A DNA stretch of 63,819 bases, filler included, from Octopus bimaculoides (lineage: Eukaryota): the NCBI RefSeq assembly GCF_001194135.2. It is 6 parts of 5 records of this genome, joined end to end, with 100 filler letters (N's around TTAATTAATTAA, not from the genome) between each part and the next. Parts side by side here need not be neighbours in the genome. Positions count along the whole stretch, not along the records: positions 34,773 to 60,776 come from NC_068990.1; 5 more parts are not named here. One strand, given 5' to 3'. The position numbers and the translations under genes are program-made. The notes beneath the pieces are model-generated. The model ran no database searches and was not told where the DNA came from. It worked only from the letters and a program-made list of their open reading frames with translations. This document shows, one piece after another, positions 39,577 to 53,700 of the stretch. Every line of letters starts with the position of its first letter. The first letter of the stretch is position 1.

Positions 39577-39622
<46 letters not shown>

Positions 39623-41234
39623 TTAATATGTATAATAATGAATTTATATTCAATGAAGCTAAACGTTACAAGCAAGTATTCATCGGACAAAACATACAAT
39701 AAATTTATTTATCTATTTAGAAGGAGGTAATGTTTTAAGGGCATCTCTACACAGCTGATAACAAAAATGAATGGTAACGAGATTTTTCAGAGAAGATCTA
39801 GCTCAAAGTGAATTGATGTGAGAGCTGGAAGAACAATCGTCTTCTCTGAAGGTTAGTAAAAATTAATGAATGCAACCCACAAAACGATCGGTTTAAATAT
39901 GAACGCTTTCGTTATTCTCCGTAATTGTATGCTAACCTGAGTATAGGAGACTATTAATAGACGAAATCTCCAAAATACCAAACATCTAATATGCCAAAAT
40001 AGCTCAGTGATCTAAACGAAAAAGAAAACAAAAAGTGAGATATATTCGTTAGTATAATAGAAAATGCTTCATAAAATGTTACACGAATTCGTAAATACTT
40101 TATCAGGTTTTAATATGAGATAGCATTGGCTGTTTCTATATGCACAAAGATAAGCTTTCAGCATATTTAAGCATAAAAAGACATGCGCAGATAATCCTAT
40201 ACTTTATAATAGCTTATTGGAACTAAAAGCAATACGAAAATATGCAAGGCCATTATATTTGAAACGCAAGAAAAAATGTCTATATGTTCGAATGAATGAA
40301 AATAAAACATTAAATTAATTATTCGACTGTATAAAGTGTATTTGGTTCTTAACTGAGACATAGATAGCAAAAGTATACACGTACACAAGTAAAGAATAAA
40401 CAAACATAAAAACAAATGTTTTATATGAAAAATTCAAACTTCTATCTTCAAAATACGTAGGAGAAATGTAACAGGAGTCCCAAAATGCTGTTATGTTCCA
40501 GGGAAAGAGGCCCATCTTATTGCTATAGAATTATCAGTAATTTAGCTCGTTCTGTAAGAAATTGTGGTAAACGAATGGCAACAAGTAATAACACAACATA
40601 GAAAAAATTGTGTCTACTTCATAGTGATAGTGGTTCAACAACTAAAGTAAAGTATATTGTGCTACTTACCACATATTCAATATTTCCTACAAAGTCAACG
40701 GATTATAGAATGAGATGGTTCCTAAATTGGCAATGTTCTCTTTCTGTTAATCATGATAAAGTGCATAAAAGACAAGAAATTTATGAGGATTAAGAATAGA
40801 TGCTTGCCGTTGAATTATCAATGATTGCGATGAAAAGGCGAAAAACTGAAATAAAGTATACTATTATTTCCTTAATGTATCGGATCACATACATCATCGA
40901 CGGACGACCGATGTTTTACAGTAATTTCCATCAAGGGAATAATATATGCAAGCCAATGAACATAATAATCTAGTTGTATGTATTGCATCATAAATGAAAG
41001 ATTTAAACATTCTCGAATAGAAGATTGCTTCCAAATGCATTCTGGAGTATATATACCCTCTCTAGCATGTAGCCCATATACTGTATGTGTGCGTCAGTGA
41101 GTGCTTAATAAGTATGTCCAAGAAACAAGCGTATAATTCATGTGCTTACTTAAAAAAGGCAGTAAACGCACGTGAAAAACAGGTACACTATTATACGCAC
41201 AAACGCACGGTCACACACACACCCATACACATAA

Positions 41235-41324
<90 letters not shown>

Positions 41325-41325
41325 C

Positions 41326-41772
41326 GTGGAGGCTCAATGACCCAGTGGTTAGGGCTGCGGACTGGCGGTCATAGGATCGCGGTTTTGATTCCCAGACCGG
41401 GCGTTGTGAGTATATATTGAACGAAAACACCTAAAGATCCACGAGGCTCCGGCAGGGGATGGTGGCGAACCCTGCTCAACTCTTCCGCCACACCTTTCTC
41501 TCACTCTTTCTTCCTGTTTCTGTTGTACCTGTGTTTCAAAGGGCCAGCCTTGTCACACTGTGTCACGCTGAATATCCCCGAGNNNNNNNNNNTGTGTTTC
41601 AAAGGGCCAGCCTTGTCACACTGTGTCACGCTGAATATCCCCGAGAACTAAGTTAAGGGTACACGTGTCTGTGGAGTGCTCGGATACTTGCACATTAATT
41701 TCACGAGCAGGCTGTTCAGTTGATCGGATCGACTGGAACCCTCGACGTCGTAAGCGACGGAGTGCCAACAAA
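41326..41772 (+). mobile_element. tRNA-derived SINE family C, near full length
   Basis: A-box-like tgacccagtgg, B-box-like ggttttgattccc, body tttcaaagggccagccttgtcacac, 3' end ctggaaccctcgacgtcgtaagcgacggagtgccaacaaaa. Confidence 0.85.
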
Positions 41773-41897
41773 ATATAGATACATATTTAAATACGCACAC
41801 ACACACACACACACACACACAAACTCACACANNNNNNNNNNNNNNNNNNNNNNNNNNNNNNNNNNNNNNNNNNNNNNNNNNNNNNNNNNNTATATAA

Positions 41898-41945
<48 letters not shown>

Positions 41946-42448
41946 TTATTTATTTATTTATATATGTGTGTGTTTGTATGTATGCAGGTGCGTATGTGTG
42001 TGCTAATTTATTTGTTTTGATAAAATGTGAAGTCGTATAGAAATGTCTGATTGTCTTTCTATTCTATTCTATACTCATCTATATCTTATGTTTTTATTCA
42101 ACTGTCCATTTTAGTATATTTTTATTTATTTATTTGGTTTCTTCCTTTATCATTCTAAGCTTTATTCTATTATTCATAACGGAAGGATTCTTTCACTATA
42201 ACCCATTTCGTTATGGAGCCAGATAGTATGCAACACATACTAAAATATATTGTAATAGAAAAATAGCGAAACGAAAAGTGTAACATTGCTACTTTTGTAA
42301 ATTCGTCTGAGTACACGTATTCACAACTACAATGCATGACAACTGATTTACCGCATCGCGCTGGCAATGTACACGTCTATAATTAGTGCAAATGAACAAA
42401 GTGGTCATGAATAAAGTTTCGTGCATTCCATTTTGTATCACTAATATG

Positions 42449-42496
<48 letters not shown>

Positions 42497-42559
42497 CGCT
42501 TGAGTTAAAAATTTGAAAGCCTTTTCAAATCACAGTTGTCATACAATTTCTGGTTGAAA

Positions 42560-42710
42560 TTTTGGCACAATGCCAGTAAGTTTAGGGCTAGCATGAATTC
42601 TTTACATCAACTCCAGTTCTCAACTGGCACTTCTTTTGGCGGAATTTGAACACAGAACGTTAGGACAGACTAAATACCTCTAAACAGTTTGCCAAGTGTT
42701 CTCGTCTTAT
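42560..42710 (-). mobile_element. Degenerate SINE family A
   Basis: ggcggaatttgaacacagaacgtt..gacagac.aaatacctctaa is the reverse complement of the family A head. Confidence 0.6.
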
Positions 42711-44520
42711 GAGAAATTACAATATTAAAAACAAAAACAATTATAACATCATCTATAACCTAACTAAGAGTAAACTTCAAAACTGTGTAATATGCAATGT
42801 GTAAATGGATACATGGCATATATTTTATTGGTAAATATGTTCCTGGCGTAAGAAATATTATGCACGGTAGTTTTAAGGTTTAGAAATGAATATATTACCA
42901 CTGACAATCATATTCTTTATTTTTGAATTAACATTTTCATTGAATGACCTTACAAAGAATTCAAAAGAAATCCTATACCTCACTCACCATGGACGGCTGT
43001 GTAATATTGTATTAACTGGAGATCGGTTAAATCAGCTACGTATTAATCGGAAACACTGATATATATCATTCACAGTTAAATCGGATCTATGACAATGTAT
43101 ATGCATATTTCGTTAAGTACTTACCTGTTGAATTATGTGTCAGTGCGTAAGTTTATATTTAACACTCTGTGTGTGTTGACGCAAGCATTGCTATGTAATG
43201 TCTATGTACAGGATGTCGTATACATGTAATTCTCTAGTCATGTCTTCCAGGTATCTGTAGTTGTTTGACTATATCAGAGAGTTCGGCATGATATAAAATA
43301 AAAATATAAACGAAGCAATGCCAATATTTACAATGTTTGTTGTTACATTCTGTAATATATTCTCAGTCTTTGAAGAAAAAAAAATGTCAGAAGGAGAAAC
43401 TATTTTGCACGTCTAAGTAGTAACGAAATTTTTTTATGTAGCACAGAAATATGATCTGTGAATGTGCTTCCAGGTTAATATTCATTTACTATAATGTTTT
43501 GATGCACACTTTCTGCGCAACGTATGTATGAATATTTTTTCACTATACTTCATTTCTAGAATCACCTTAAAACACATCTGCTTCAATATATGATTGTTCA
43601 ATATGCATGTCAATGAGAACAATGGTGCCATATTTGTTTGATAGATTATGTATCTCTGTATCTACAGGAAGATGTATGTTCGTATATGTGTGTGTGTGCT
43701 CGTCTGTGCGTGTGTGTATATTTTTGCTTCTGTGTGTCTGTGAGTGTGTACATATGCACATATACGTTTGTGTATTTATATATGCAGTATAAATAGTGTT
43801 ATAAATGCATGCATGTATATATAGATTTACAGATTAATAAAAAGATATAAACTAAGGCCCTATCATATTGCATAACGATTTACAATCAAATCTACATATA
43901 TCTTGTTCACTCTTCATTTTTCTGTCTCCCTTTGTACACCCTCACATAAATATACGTGTATGTGCGTTTGCTTGTGTGTGTATTTATACATTGCTAGCCG
44001 TCCAGAAAAATCGAAATACATGCATATGTAATGTATAAGTAATTGGAGGAACTAGATTTTTCATATCGTCAAAAATATATTTTACTGGTTGTCACATATA
44101 ACTGACCAGAACATTGCAAATATTTTCATTGGAAAAAATGTTGCCTGAAACAGCTTTAGCACTGGAGATTGTGAAAATATAATTTGAAAATAAATTTGAT
44201 GCAAATATGGTTTCGAGACTGAGGTGAAATGCAATTGACAAATCAGAAGGAATATGTTAAGACCCTTACCTCAGTTTGCTATTAACAATGGATGAAGTAC
44301 GTAGACGTTGTGCGTAACTCGTCTCTACTTCAGTGTCTCAACACGTCTCTAGAAACAATTTGCACTCATTTGGTTAGCAGTCAAATATTTCGTTTTTATT
44401 AAAGCGTATTTCATTCGATATAATATGCAATACGTCAGGTATATTATAATTGCATGGTGTTTACTTCATTGGCGTTTAGATTTTCTATAAAATAATCTGT
44501 GAATATACAAAGAATATTGT

Positions 44521-44623
44521 TGTTGTTGGCACTCCGTCGCTTACGATGTCGAGGGTTCCAGTTGATTCGATCAACGGAACAGCCTGCTCGTAAAAGTAAC
44601 GTGCAAGTGGCTGAGCACTCCAC
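44521..44623 (-). mobile_element. SINE family C 3' end
   Basis: gttggcactccgtcgcttacgatgtcgagggttccagttga...cagcctgctcgt is the reverse complement of 41675-41772. Confidence 0.85.
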
Positions 44624-44898
44624 TTTGAACTAGTGTAAAACAACTGGCTATCATCAGCTTTGGTAAAGGAAGATCTTAAAAGAAGATGCTAAATACCAGT
44701 TAATGGGACAAGGCTCTAATAAAACGAATGATGATAACACAAGGGAACATTTTTGTCACGGGGTATTATAGCTGAATGGTTTTAACAATATTGTTATATT
44801 GTACAAATATAAAATTTGTGGTTACGAAGAAAAAATATGAAGAAAATATTATAAATATTATAACCAGAACAACCTATTGACTGACTGCATAATAACCT

Positions 44899-45044
44899 CC
44901 AACACCCAATGCTTCGGACTTACCGCAGCTAATATACACTAACTTTTGTCCACCATCGTGGACAACACCTACTTCACTTTCTATGACAACATATATAAAC
45001 AGACAACAGGTCTCCCCATGGGATCCAGTTTTTCGGACCTACTA
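44899..45044 (+). mobile_element. Penelope-like element reverse transcriptase fragment
   Basis: LLSTIVDNTYFTFYDNIYKQTTGLPMGSSFSDLL matches the PLE RT motif YF.F....YKQ..G.PMGS.LS. Confidence 0.85.
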
Positions 45045-47588
45045 AGTGTGTGTATGTGTGTGTATGAGTATATGTGTGTGTGGATGACCACCGACATGAC
45101 CATATTTGTTTTCCCCTGTGTCACTGTTGTTATTCCGTTACTGTCATTGTCATTGTTTTTCTTACTTAAACGTATCCTTACATCTAGTGCCTTAAAGCTC
45201 TGGACATTAAATTTCAATTTCAATGGGTTTAAGTTTGAACGGAAGCATTTGCGTACCGTGCAATTTCACTGCACTATGCTATATTTGCACAATACTAATT
45301 TGTGCTCCTTCACAAATGATCTGCGCTTTTGAAAATGATATATTTCCTGTGTGCAGAAACAGGGACATCTGTGTCTGTATCTTGTTTTTCTATCTAGATG
45401 TCATCCTCCACTACATTTCATTTGAAAATATTGTTTGATTTCTTCTACATTGCAATAGGATATGCTTAGTATGATAGTTCAATAAAACACGCATACAGCA
45501 ATTTGTTGCTGTTGCATGAGAAACAAAAACAACATTTATAGTCCATTCTCCTGTATGTCAGCCTTGGAATTATGTAAAGCATGTTACCGTGAATTTACTC
45601 TGAATTTCATAATAACTAATGTTTATTTTATGGATACAGCATAAGTATAGTGGATTAAATTCCTCTTTGTGCTACTCGTAATCCTGTCATAAGAGTAAAT
45701 ATATTCTATATTTGTGTGTGCTAAGAGATAAGATGCTACTGAGTGCCTCTGTCCACTCTCCTCACAATCTATAGTTAGTTAATCTCGCTTATTCAATACA
45801 AAATGTTCGGTGAAATCTTCAAGTTTTTATTTTTGTTTAGCTCTTTCATTAGTTACTTTCTCAAGGTATTCACTATATATATAAATTGCGTTGATATTAA
45901 ACCATATTGTAATATCTTATTCTGCAAATTTCTATTACGTTCCACTTTAATAGGGCATGTATTCATACAGTTCATAAATCCGCTATTTTAATCGATAGGA
46001 TCTGCACTTGAGAATATAATACGTCTCCAGAAGTTCCACAATTGATCCATTATCCCTCTACATTTTGCAAATTAGATATTATTAGTTATGTCACACATAG
46101 TAACGTTTCGCATCTTTTATGTCTTAAAACAAATCACTATATTACGTGTTGATACATACATAAATCTTAAATTTCTGTTATAAATCAATAATCGTATGTC
46201 ACACATAAATCCTAAAATTATGCATAACGATGAGTGTTTTGGGCATAGTTCCTGTGTATATGTTCGATGACCCTGCCGACTAATAATATATCATGAAACC
46301 ATAGAAAACGGGGAAGCAAAACAGAAATTTGTTCAAAACGGTTTCGTATGGATGAATATGTGTAACTTATGTCTCAAATGTGATATTGTGTACGCAGTGC
46401 AAACAATCTCTAAAACACCAATAGTCACACAGTCCCTCATTCCATATTTGGAATGAATTATATTTTAATTGAAAACCGTGGAAAATTGAGCAAATTTATA
46501 TGAGAATCTATTACATATATTTTATTGTGTTTGAAATGGCTATGGCGCTAAATCATTTGTTCCTTTTTGACCGAATAATAATACATTATAAACGTATCTT
46601 GAGAACATCCAGCAACAAATTGTACAAGTTAAAATGAAGATAACTATTGAGAGATTTCACTTTCTATATATACAGTATTTTTCCTTCATAACTGATGTAA
46701 AATATAACATGCACGGACTGTGAGAGCTTTTTTAGTCATTCCGTCAACGTGTATATCTACTGAAATCCTAACAATCATAGTTTATAATAAACTGGTAGTT
46801 GTATATGAGTACAATAAACATTAAAAAACGTTATAATTTAGAGTAAATCCAATGGATTTATCCATTCTATTGAAAGGAGAGGTTGGTATATATATTTTCC
46901 CTGTATCTTTGCTGTTGCTCAGTGTATGTATCATATTTCCTCTAGTTTATCAGTTCCACACATGAAAAATAGTCCAGTGAAATCTTCCGTACAATAGTTA
47001 GATCACCAGATTTCTGATAACCGTAATACTTCTGATACGGTGAGACAATATATAATGAGCTAATTTGATACATTCCAGAAGATGCACGTTCTTTAGATAT
47101 TATTCATATGTTTCCTGACATTACGTATGCGAGAATCGGAAACGAATTTTAGTTCAACTTCATCAATAGTTTCTACTCATTCTATTTTCTGCTTCTTCTC
47201 CAAATAATTGCATAAATACTTACAATTATATTTACTGTAATGTAGTGCGTCATTTAGGTTGCTGAAAGCTACCTTGTTGGTTTTCCCTTTGATATTGGTA
47301 ATTGTTGCATAAACTCTGTAGGCACTTTCATAAAATATTTTCGATTTCATAAAGCCTGGTAGAGACTGGTAGATATATTATTCTGCAAAGTTCGAAGAAA
47401 TCTTATAATATGAAATTTGGTAAAAATAATATATTACACTGTACTCGTAAAAATGACGTTCCATTGAATTTCCCTGACTTTATATAAGTAGCACATTTAG
47501 CAGAGAGGATATTAAAATGTATTGGCACGAATAACATTTAGTTTTGTTATGTCTCAAGCTACTGCTTTCTAGGAACTTCGGATGATCT

Positions 47589-47663
47589 CTACTCAACCGC
47601 TACACAACTGCTACTCAACTGCTACTCGACTGCTACTCGACTGCTACTCGACTGCTACTCAAC
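47589..47663. repeat. 11-bp minisatellite CTACTC(A/G)ACTG, ~7 copies
   Basis: Direct reading. Confidence 0.9.
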
Positions 47664-48629
47664 ACTCCTACCACGGCCAGACAACCTCTATTTATATGTC
47701 TTGGGAGACCTTACTTCTTCGCCGGGCGGCGTCAACACCACAATTTTACTAGAATTTGATGTAACATCTTAATGAAGACTATCTACATAAAACTAATATA
47801 CAGAAGGGAAGTCGTTGAACATCGGAAGTTATATCAATCCATTATTATTCTTAGAATATGCAGATGAAGTAGGCCAAGTATTATTTTCTGGTAAGATGTA
47901 GCATATTGAGGAGAATTGTCATCTGACTCTTCACCAAAAACAGTACAGAACGGAAAAACCACGGTGGTGCTCCAGGATGGGACAGACTCTGGCTGAACCC
48001 AGTAAGGTTTTAGAAGAGTAATCATACAAATAATTACGATATATTATAACAATTGTTTATTTTGTTGGTATGAAAAGGAAATTTGGATTACATCTGCTTT
48101 ATAATTCTGCATATTCGTTCGTACACACTTTACGCTCTAGTTAGATAGAGAGAGGTGGGGGAATGAGTATGAGAGAGAGGGAGGGATGAAAAGGAAATGC
48201 GGAAGGAGAGGCAACGAGAAGGCAGATAGCTTGGCGATGCATAACACTGCCACGTGGCTAGTGGAAGTTGGAGGCGAAGAGAAATGCGAGACATCTTTAC
48301 AATGAGAGCGCGGGATTTATATGGCTAGGGTTTCTTGAGGCATGAGGTAAAGAGAAAGTATTCGAGAGAGAAAGAGAGTGAAAGAGAATCTTTGTTGGGG
48401 GAAATTTTAATTCACAGCTTACGCATTGGTTAGAGAGGGAGGTGGGGTATGTGAGGTAGCAGATAGCCAGCCGATGCATTACGCCGTCATGTGGTTAGTG
48501 GAAGTGAGGGGTGAAGAGAAAGCGAGAAATGTTTGCGACGTGAAGAAAGAAACTACATGATTAAAAGCTTCTTGAATAATAGGCAAACAGGAAAAGGAGC
48601 GTTAGAGAGAGAAAGAGAGAGAGAGAGAA

Positions 48630-48676
<47 letters not shown>

Positions 48677-48677
48677 G

Positions 48678-49172
48678 TTTATAGACGACACACCACACGG
48701 GGAACTAGCCCGCAGATTTCGAAAAATCCTCAAAAGTACTAAGTTAAGGATAAATGTTATAGACAAACCAGGGAGATCCATTAGATGAATAATATGTAAA
48801 ACATATCCCTTCAGAAGAACAAAGTGTGTTGAAGAGAATTGCATTGTGTGCAAATATAGTCCTAGTACCAACTCCAAAGCCAGAAATGTGGTCTACAAAA
48901 TAAGCTGTATGGATGGTGAGTGTAAAAACAGAAACACGACATACATAGGTGAAACGGCAAGAAGTTTGGCTGACAAACATTGGAGGGACTATAATAATCA
49001 AAAACAAACCTCGGTTCTGTACCAGCATGCTAAAGAACAACATGGTGGTGTACTGGACCGAATTAGCATAGAAAGCCAGTCTAGACACCCCGGTGATGCA
49101 TCGTTGCGACAAATACAGGAGTCGGTCCTCATAACTAAAACGGGACCAATTTTGAACACCAAATACACGTAG
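48678..49172 (+). mobile_element. Penelope-like element linker plus GIY-YIG endonuclease, one in-frame stop
   Basis: TPHGELARRFRK..INVIDKPGRSIR*IICKTYPF...CVEENCIVC...NVVYKISC..C...TYIGETARSL...S.LYQH...H...RQIQESVLI...P.LNTK: GIY-YIG motifs with a Cys-rich linker. Confidence 0.9.
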
Positions 49173-50639
49173 ATGAGGGCCTTACAATTGCCCATGGTTG
49201 CATGTGTTGTTCACACATATGATGTGGAATGTGAACGTAAATAAATAAATTAGATATATATATATATATATAACAGAAAGGAAACCAAAACCAATTCCAA
49301 AGTCTCTATCAGATCTGATATAAACGAAATTGTTACAAACACACATATGGACGCACATACATATAAACACGAACACATAGGTGCGTGCACACAAATGAGC
49401 GTGCACACATACGAGCTTGCACACACTCACATGCTCATACCGAACAGTTTCAAAACAACGCCAAATCATACTTTCAAAATAAATGGAAGTGGAGAGACAA
49501 GTTACTGAATAGATTGGAAGAGTGCAATGAAATAATTTAACAAAAAAACTATATAAATTAATAAAGGACTGAACCAGTGCGTGTGTTTATTACCGGCATA
49601 ATGCCTCTCCCTAGGTTTAATTGTATTTCTTTCAACACACGTATCCGCATCAAGAATATTGCACACGAAATACACATACCAAATATATATATANNNNNNN
49701 NNNNNNNNNNNNNNNNNNNNNNNNNNNNNNNNNNNNNNNNNNNNNNNNNNNNNNNNNNNNNNNNNNNNNNNNNNNNNNNNNNNNNNNNNNNNNNNNNNNN
49801 NNNNNNNNNNNNNNNNNNNNNNNNNNNNNNNNNNNNNNNNNNNNNNNNNNNNNNNNNNNNNNNNNNNNNNNNNNNNNNNNNNNNNNNNNNNNNNNNNNNN
49901 NNNNNNNNNNNNNNNNNNNNNNAGAGAGAGAGAGAGAGAGAGAGAGAGATACAGAGAGAGAGAGAGATACAGAGAGAGAGAGGTGTTTTACGTGAAATAT
50001 TTTAAAATCATATATTATCGTGATTGGAAATAAAATAACTTCGTAAAATAGCAATGGATGCTATATCGTTTATAATTTCAAAGAGAAACTAATGAAAATA
50101 CAAACATTGCGTATATTCTCAATATCCCTTGGTGTAGATCGACTGTATTTAATGTAAATTATGTGCTGCTTTGTCAGAATTAAATACTGATGAATGATAT
50201 GTGCATTAAATAATGTTGAGATTGTTTTTGTACATTTTTTGTACCGTTTATTGCATGGTCAACAATACGATTTAGGTACAATATAAATCAAAATCAACCT
50301 TTCTTTCGTGTCCTGCTAGTTAAACTAATAATGTACGCTGTACGCGTAACCACTCGTGTGGTGTGTTGTATATATGTTGTTTTGTAGCAAATTTGCTGTG
50401 TGTAGTTATATCTCCTTGCAAAGAGTATTTCATGGGACTTCCATTGATGTATGAATCTGTTATTTAGACTTATCTTATGAAAAACATGATACAATTTTCT
50501 TATATAAGCATTCTGTATTGCAGGTATATTTTTCAATAGATTCTAAAGGCACGGTATAGTTTGCTTACAAAGGACATAACGTATATATCTCTCTATTTGA
50601 ACAATATTCTCTTAAATATTTCGTTATATTGAAGGCTGC

Positions 50640-50790
50640 GACATGCCAAAATCGTTACTGTGACGGGCAAAATGCTTAGAAGCATTTCGTCCATCTGCTT
50701 TAAAATTCTGGCGAAATTGTATTTGCTTTCGGGCGCAACAAAATAAGTACCAGTAGTCGACGTACTCCCTACCTGAACGTGCTGGGCTTG
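50640..50790 (+). mobile_element. Degenerate SINE family A
   Basis: aatcgtta..gacgggcaaaatgcttagaagcatttcgtc...aaataagtaccagt. Confidence 0.6.
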
Positions 50791-53700
50791 GGCAAAAATT
50801 TGAAAGCAATATGTCGTCATAATTTTTTCAGTATTTCTCAGGAAATTGTGACGATTCGTTTGTATAGTACTAATAACGGACACAACTATAAATAAGTTTC
50901 AGCGTTGTGTGATGTATTTTCTATGCATCATGTTATGTACATTTATGTAAAGAAAAAGGACACTGCATTTGTTCTTTGTTGTTGAATTCTAAATCAGCTC
51001 ATCCGCTAAGAAATGTTATCAAAACCTCCTTTGTAGTGATAATCACAAAATATTTCGGATCAACGGTCGCCATATTCACCTTCTAAAATTACTTCTTCAA
51101 TGTTTTCATTAAACAGCAATTTCAATCTTGTTTATAACAAAGTGTACAGTTGTTTAAATGGTTATATTTGCTTTAGGGAAACACGCACTTGCTCAATGAC
51201 TAGTATTAAACCAGACTTTTTTGAATTTTACAAAAATAAGAATTCGTCTGGCGAGCAAATTTTGGAGGCGAGTATCATAGACACAGGTAACTTTTTAAAG
51301 TGTAGTCCCAGCGTGGGCATAGTCCAATGAGGGAGAAAAGTAAAAGATAAAAGACCATGGTTGTTGATTTATATTTCTTTTATCGAAAATGAAATGAAGG
51401 TAAGTAGACTATCTTAGGAACATGTAAGGAGAAAATAGATAGCCGGAACAAATGTCGCACAGTATTTTCATGGTTCTTTGACGATTCTGATAGGTCGGTG
51501 ACTTTAAAAGATTTTTCAAATTTCAGCATGGATCAATAAATTCAGTGGAAATATTCACCCAACCTAGCTAATATATGTATATGGGTGTATATATTCCTCT
51601 CGTTTTCGATCAGAAAATATAAAAAGTGTATCTGAAGGCTTCTTTATTTCTTTTTCATCATATTGGGCATATATTCGAGTGTGCATTTTTAAACACTTGT
51701 CTGGGTTATTAACAGACAGACTTAATCTATGAAGTGATAAATGACTAAGTACCTTAAACATATGTAAAGAAACACCATGTGATGTAGAAGAAGATGCTTT
51801 CAGAACGTAAATGCTATTTTATTAGAGGACATATTCTATAAGCATGTCAAGAGAAAAATCAGAAATATATAGTACATTTCATATTAACTCGTACAATATA
51901 AACAAATGGAAATAATCACTTATGCGAGTCCATAAATTTAGGTATTTCAAAACAGTAAATAAATAGATAAATAAAAATTACGAAACATTTATCAATAGGT
52001 GAGTTATTATTTTGAGATAACCATCAAATTCACAACAGGGTTAAAAGAAGATTAATTATGGATAAATAAAATTAGAAAAACACACTACCTGTGTTCAAGA
52101 TAGGTTTCAAATATATACCCTGATTTAAATATTTAAATCTTCAAATTAGCAGAAACATGTATTGAAAGAAAAAAAAATCTGTTTGCCTAAAAAGCCAAAT
52201 TATACATAGAATCAATTAAAGAATTTTTATATATTTGAAATAACAATTTGTTATATGAAAATTTGTTCTGTAACGAATTAAATATAAGTATGACGTTTAA
52301 CCCAACATCTCAGGGAAATCTAAAGTTATTGATTTTCCCTCGATCTATGTCAGGACAAACTTATATAATATACTCTTTTCTGTTTATGATTCTAGCGCCC
52401 ATAATTGGAAGGAAAGACTCACTTCTATGTCTAGTAGGTTATGCGACTATGAATGGTTCCCGTATGAATGAGTGTTGATATTGGAGCAGATTTTCCAATT
52501 AATAAAAATGCAATTACTGCCAAAGCATGTAGGATTGTCTAGTACGATTTAATATGTGCCTGTGTATTTGTGAGCAAATTCCTACATGTGAGTACCTTTG
52601 CTACGATGGAAATTATAATTCAGTTTTCATACAGTACAATAGAATCCGATTTTGTGAATAAAAATGATATAGTTTCAGCTTAGGTATAGGACGTTATGCA
52701 AAACACATCCAATATCTAACAGAATGCAGAACTTAGAACCATCATCAGAATCATCCAGACTAACACGCGTAAGATATGGATAGCATTACAACCGACCGAT
52801 TGTATAAGAGAGTGTAGCTTAGAATCTGCAGTCTCAGGAGATATATTACGACGTTAAAACGGGTTCGAGGTTTTCAGATTTAGGTAGGCCTGCATAAAGT
52901 GCATTTTGTTTAAAACACAAAGAAATGGTCTAATAACAATTAGAGGATCTAAATACATCTTTTTGTTTGAAATTTCCTGATATTGAATATTGAATATCTG
53001 CATTTATTGGACAAGTAACAAGAGGCCATACTTAACTTCGTAGATTTTCTCACTAACGTAGGGATCTTCCCTTTAAACATATGCCCACAAAATAAGGTGA
53101 AGTTCATATACAACTGAGTTGTATTTTTCCAAAATTGATACGAAGCAACAACTCCTAAACATATGTACTTCAGGAACAGTGCTTCAAGTTGGAACAATTT
53201 TTGTTCAATAACACGTGTTGTCATAAATGATGATTCCTCAAGAAATATTTTATAATTGTTCAACCAAATGGAAAAATAATTTTCAGATGGATGCTTGAAT
53301 AAAAAATAGATTCTAATTTGCCAAATATACAAATCCCTCATCAAATGGATTTCTATATTTATGACATACAATAAGTTGAAAACATAGTGAAGACAAACGC
53401 TTTTACAGTTGTTGAAAATGCAGGGATACTACTTCGAAAAATAATATAACACATAAAACAGATAATAGTAAACATAAAATACATAAAGTCTGTAATGTTG
53501 CGTTTATATTCCTGGGGGGAAATTACTTCGTTAAATCGCTTAATAGAACAAACTATTCAGTTCCGTTGAGCTAGCTAATTTGATGCATAATTGTAACCTC
53601 AACAATTAATTAATCTATTAAACCGAATTATATAGAGGATTTAACGTATAATGACAAGCTAACAATTGACTCGAACAGGTTACTATTGTTACACATAATT

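Noticed and set aside
41531-41645. ~52-bp direct repeat across a 10-N gap
   Set aside because: Most likely an unmerged contig overlap.
45230-45360. SFSKAQIICEGAQISIVQI, C-type-lectin-like, minus strand
   Set aside because: Followed by a stop, with no further lectin motifs.
47905-48006. HLTLHQKQYRTEKPRWC, C2H2 linker-like
   Set aside because: The second His and the next CxxC are missing, and it is a single unit; not distinguishable from chance.
48786-48788. In-frame TGA in the PLE ORF as possible selenocysteine
   Set aside because: It is not at a conserved Cys position and no SECIS was seen; a nonsense mutation is simpler.
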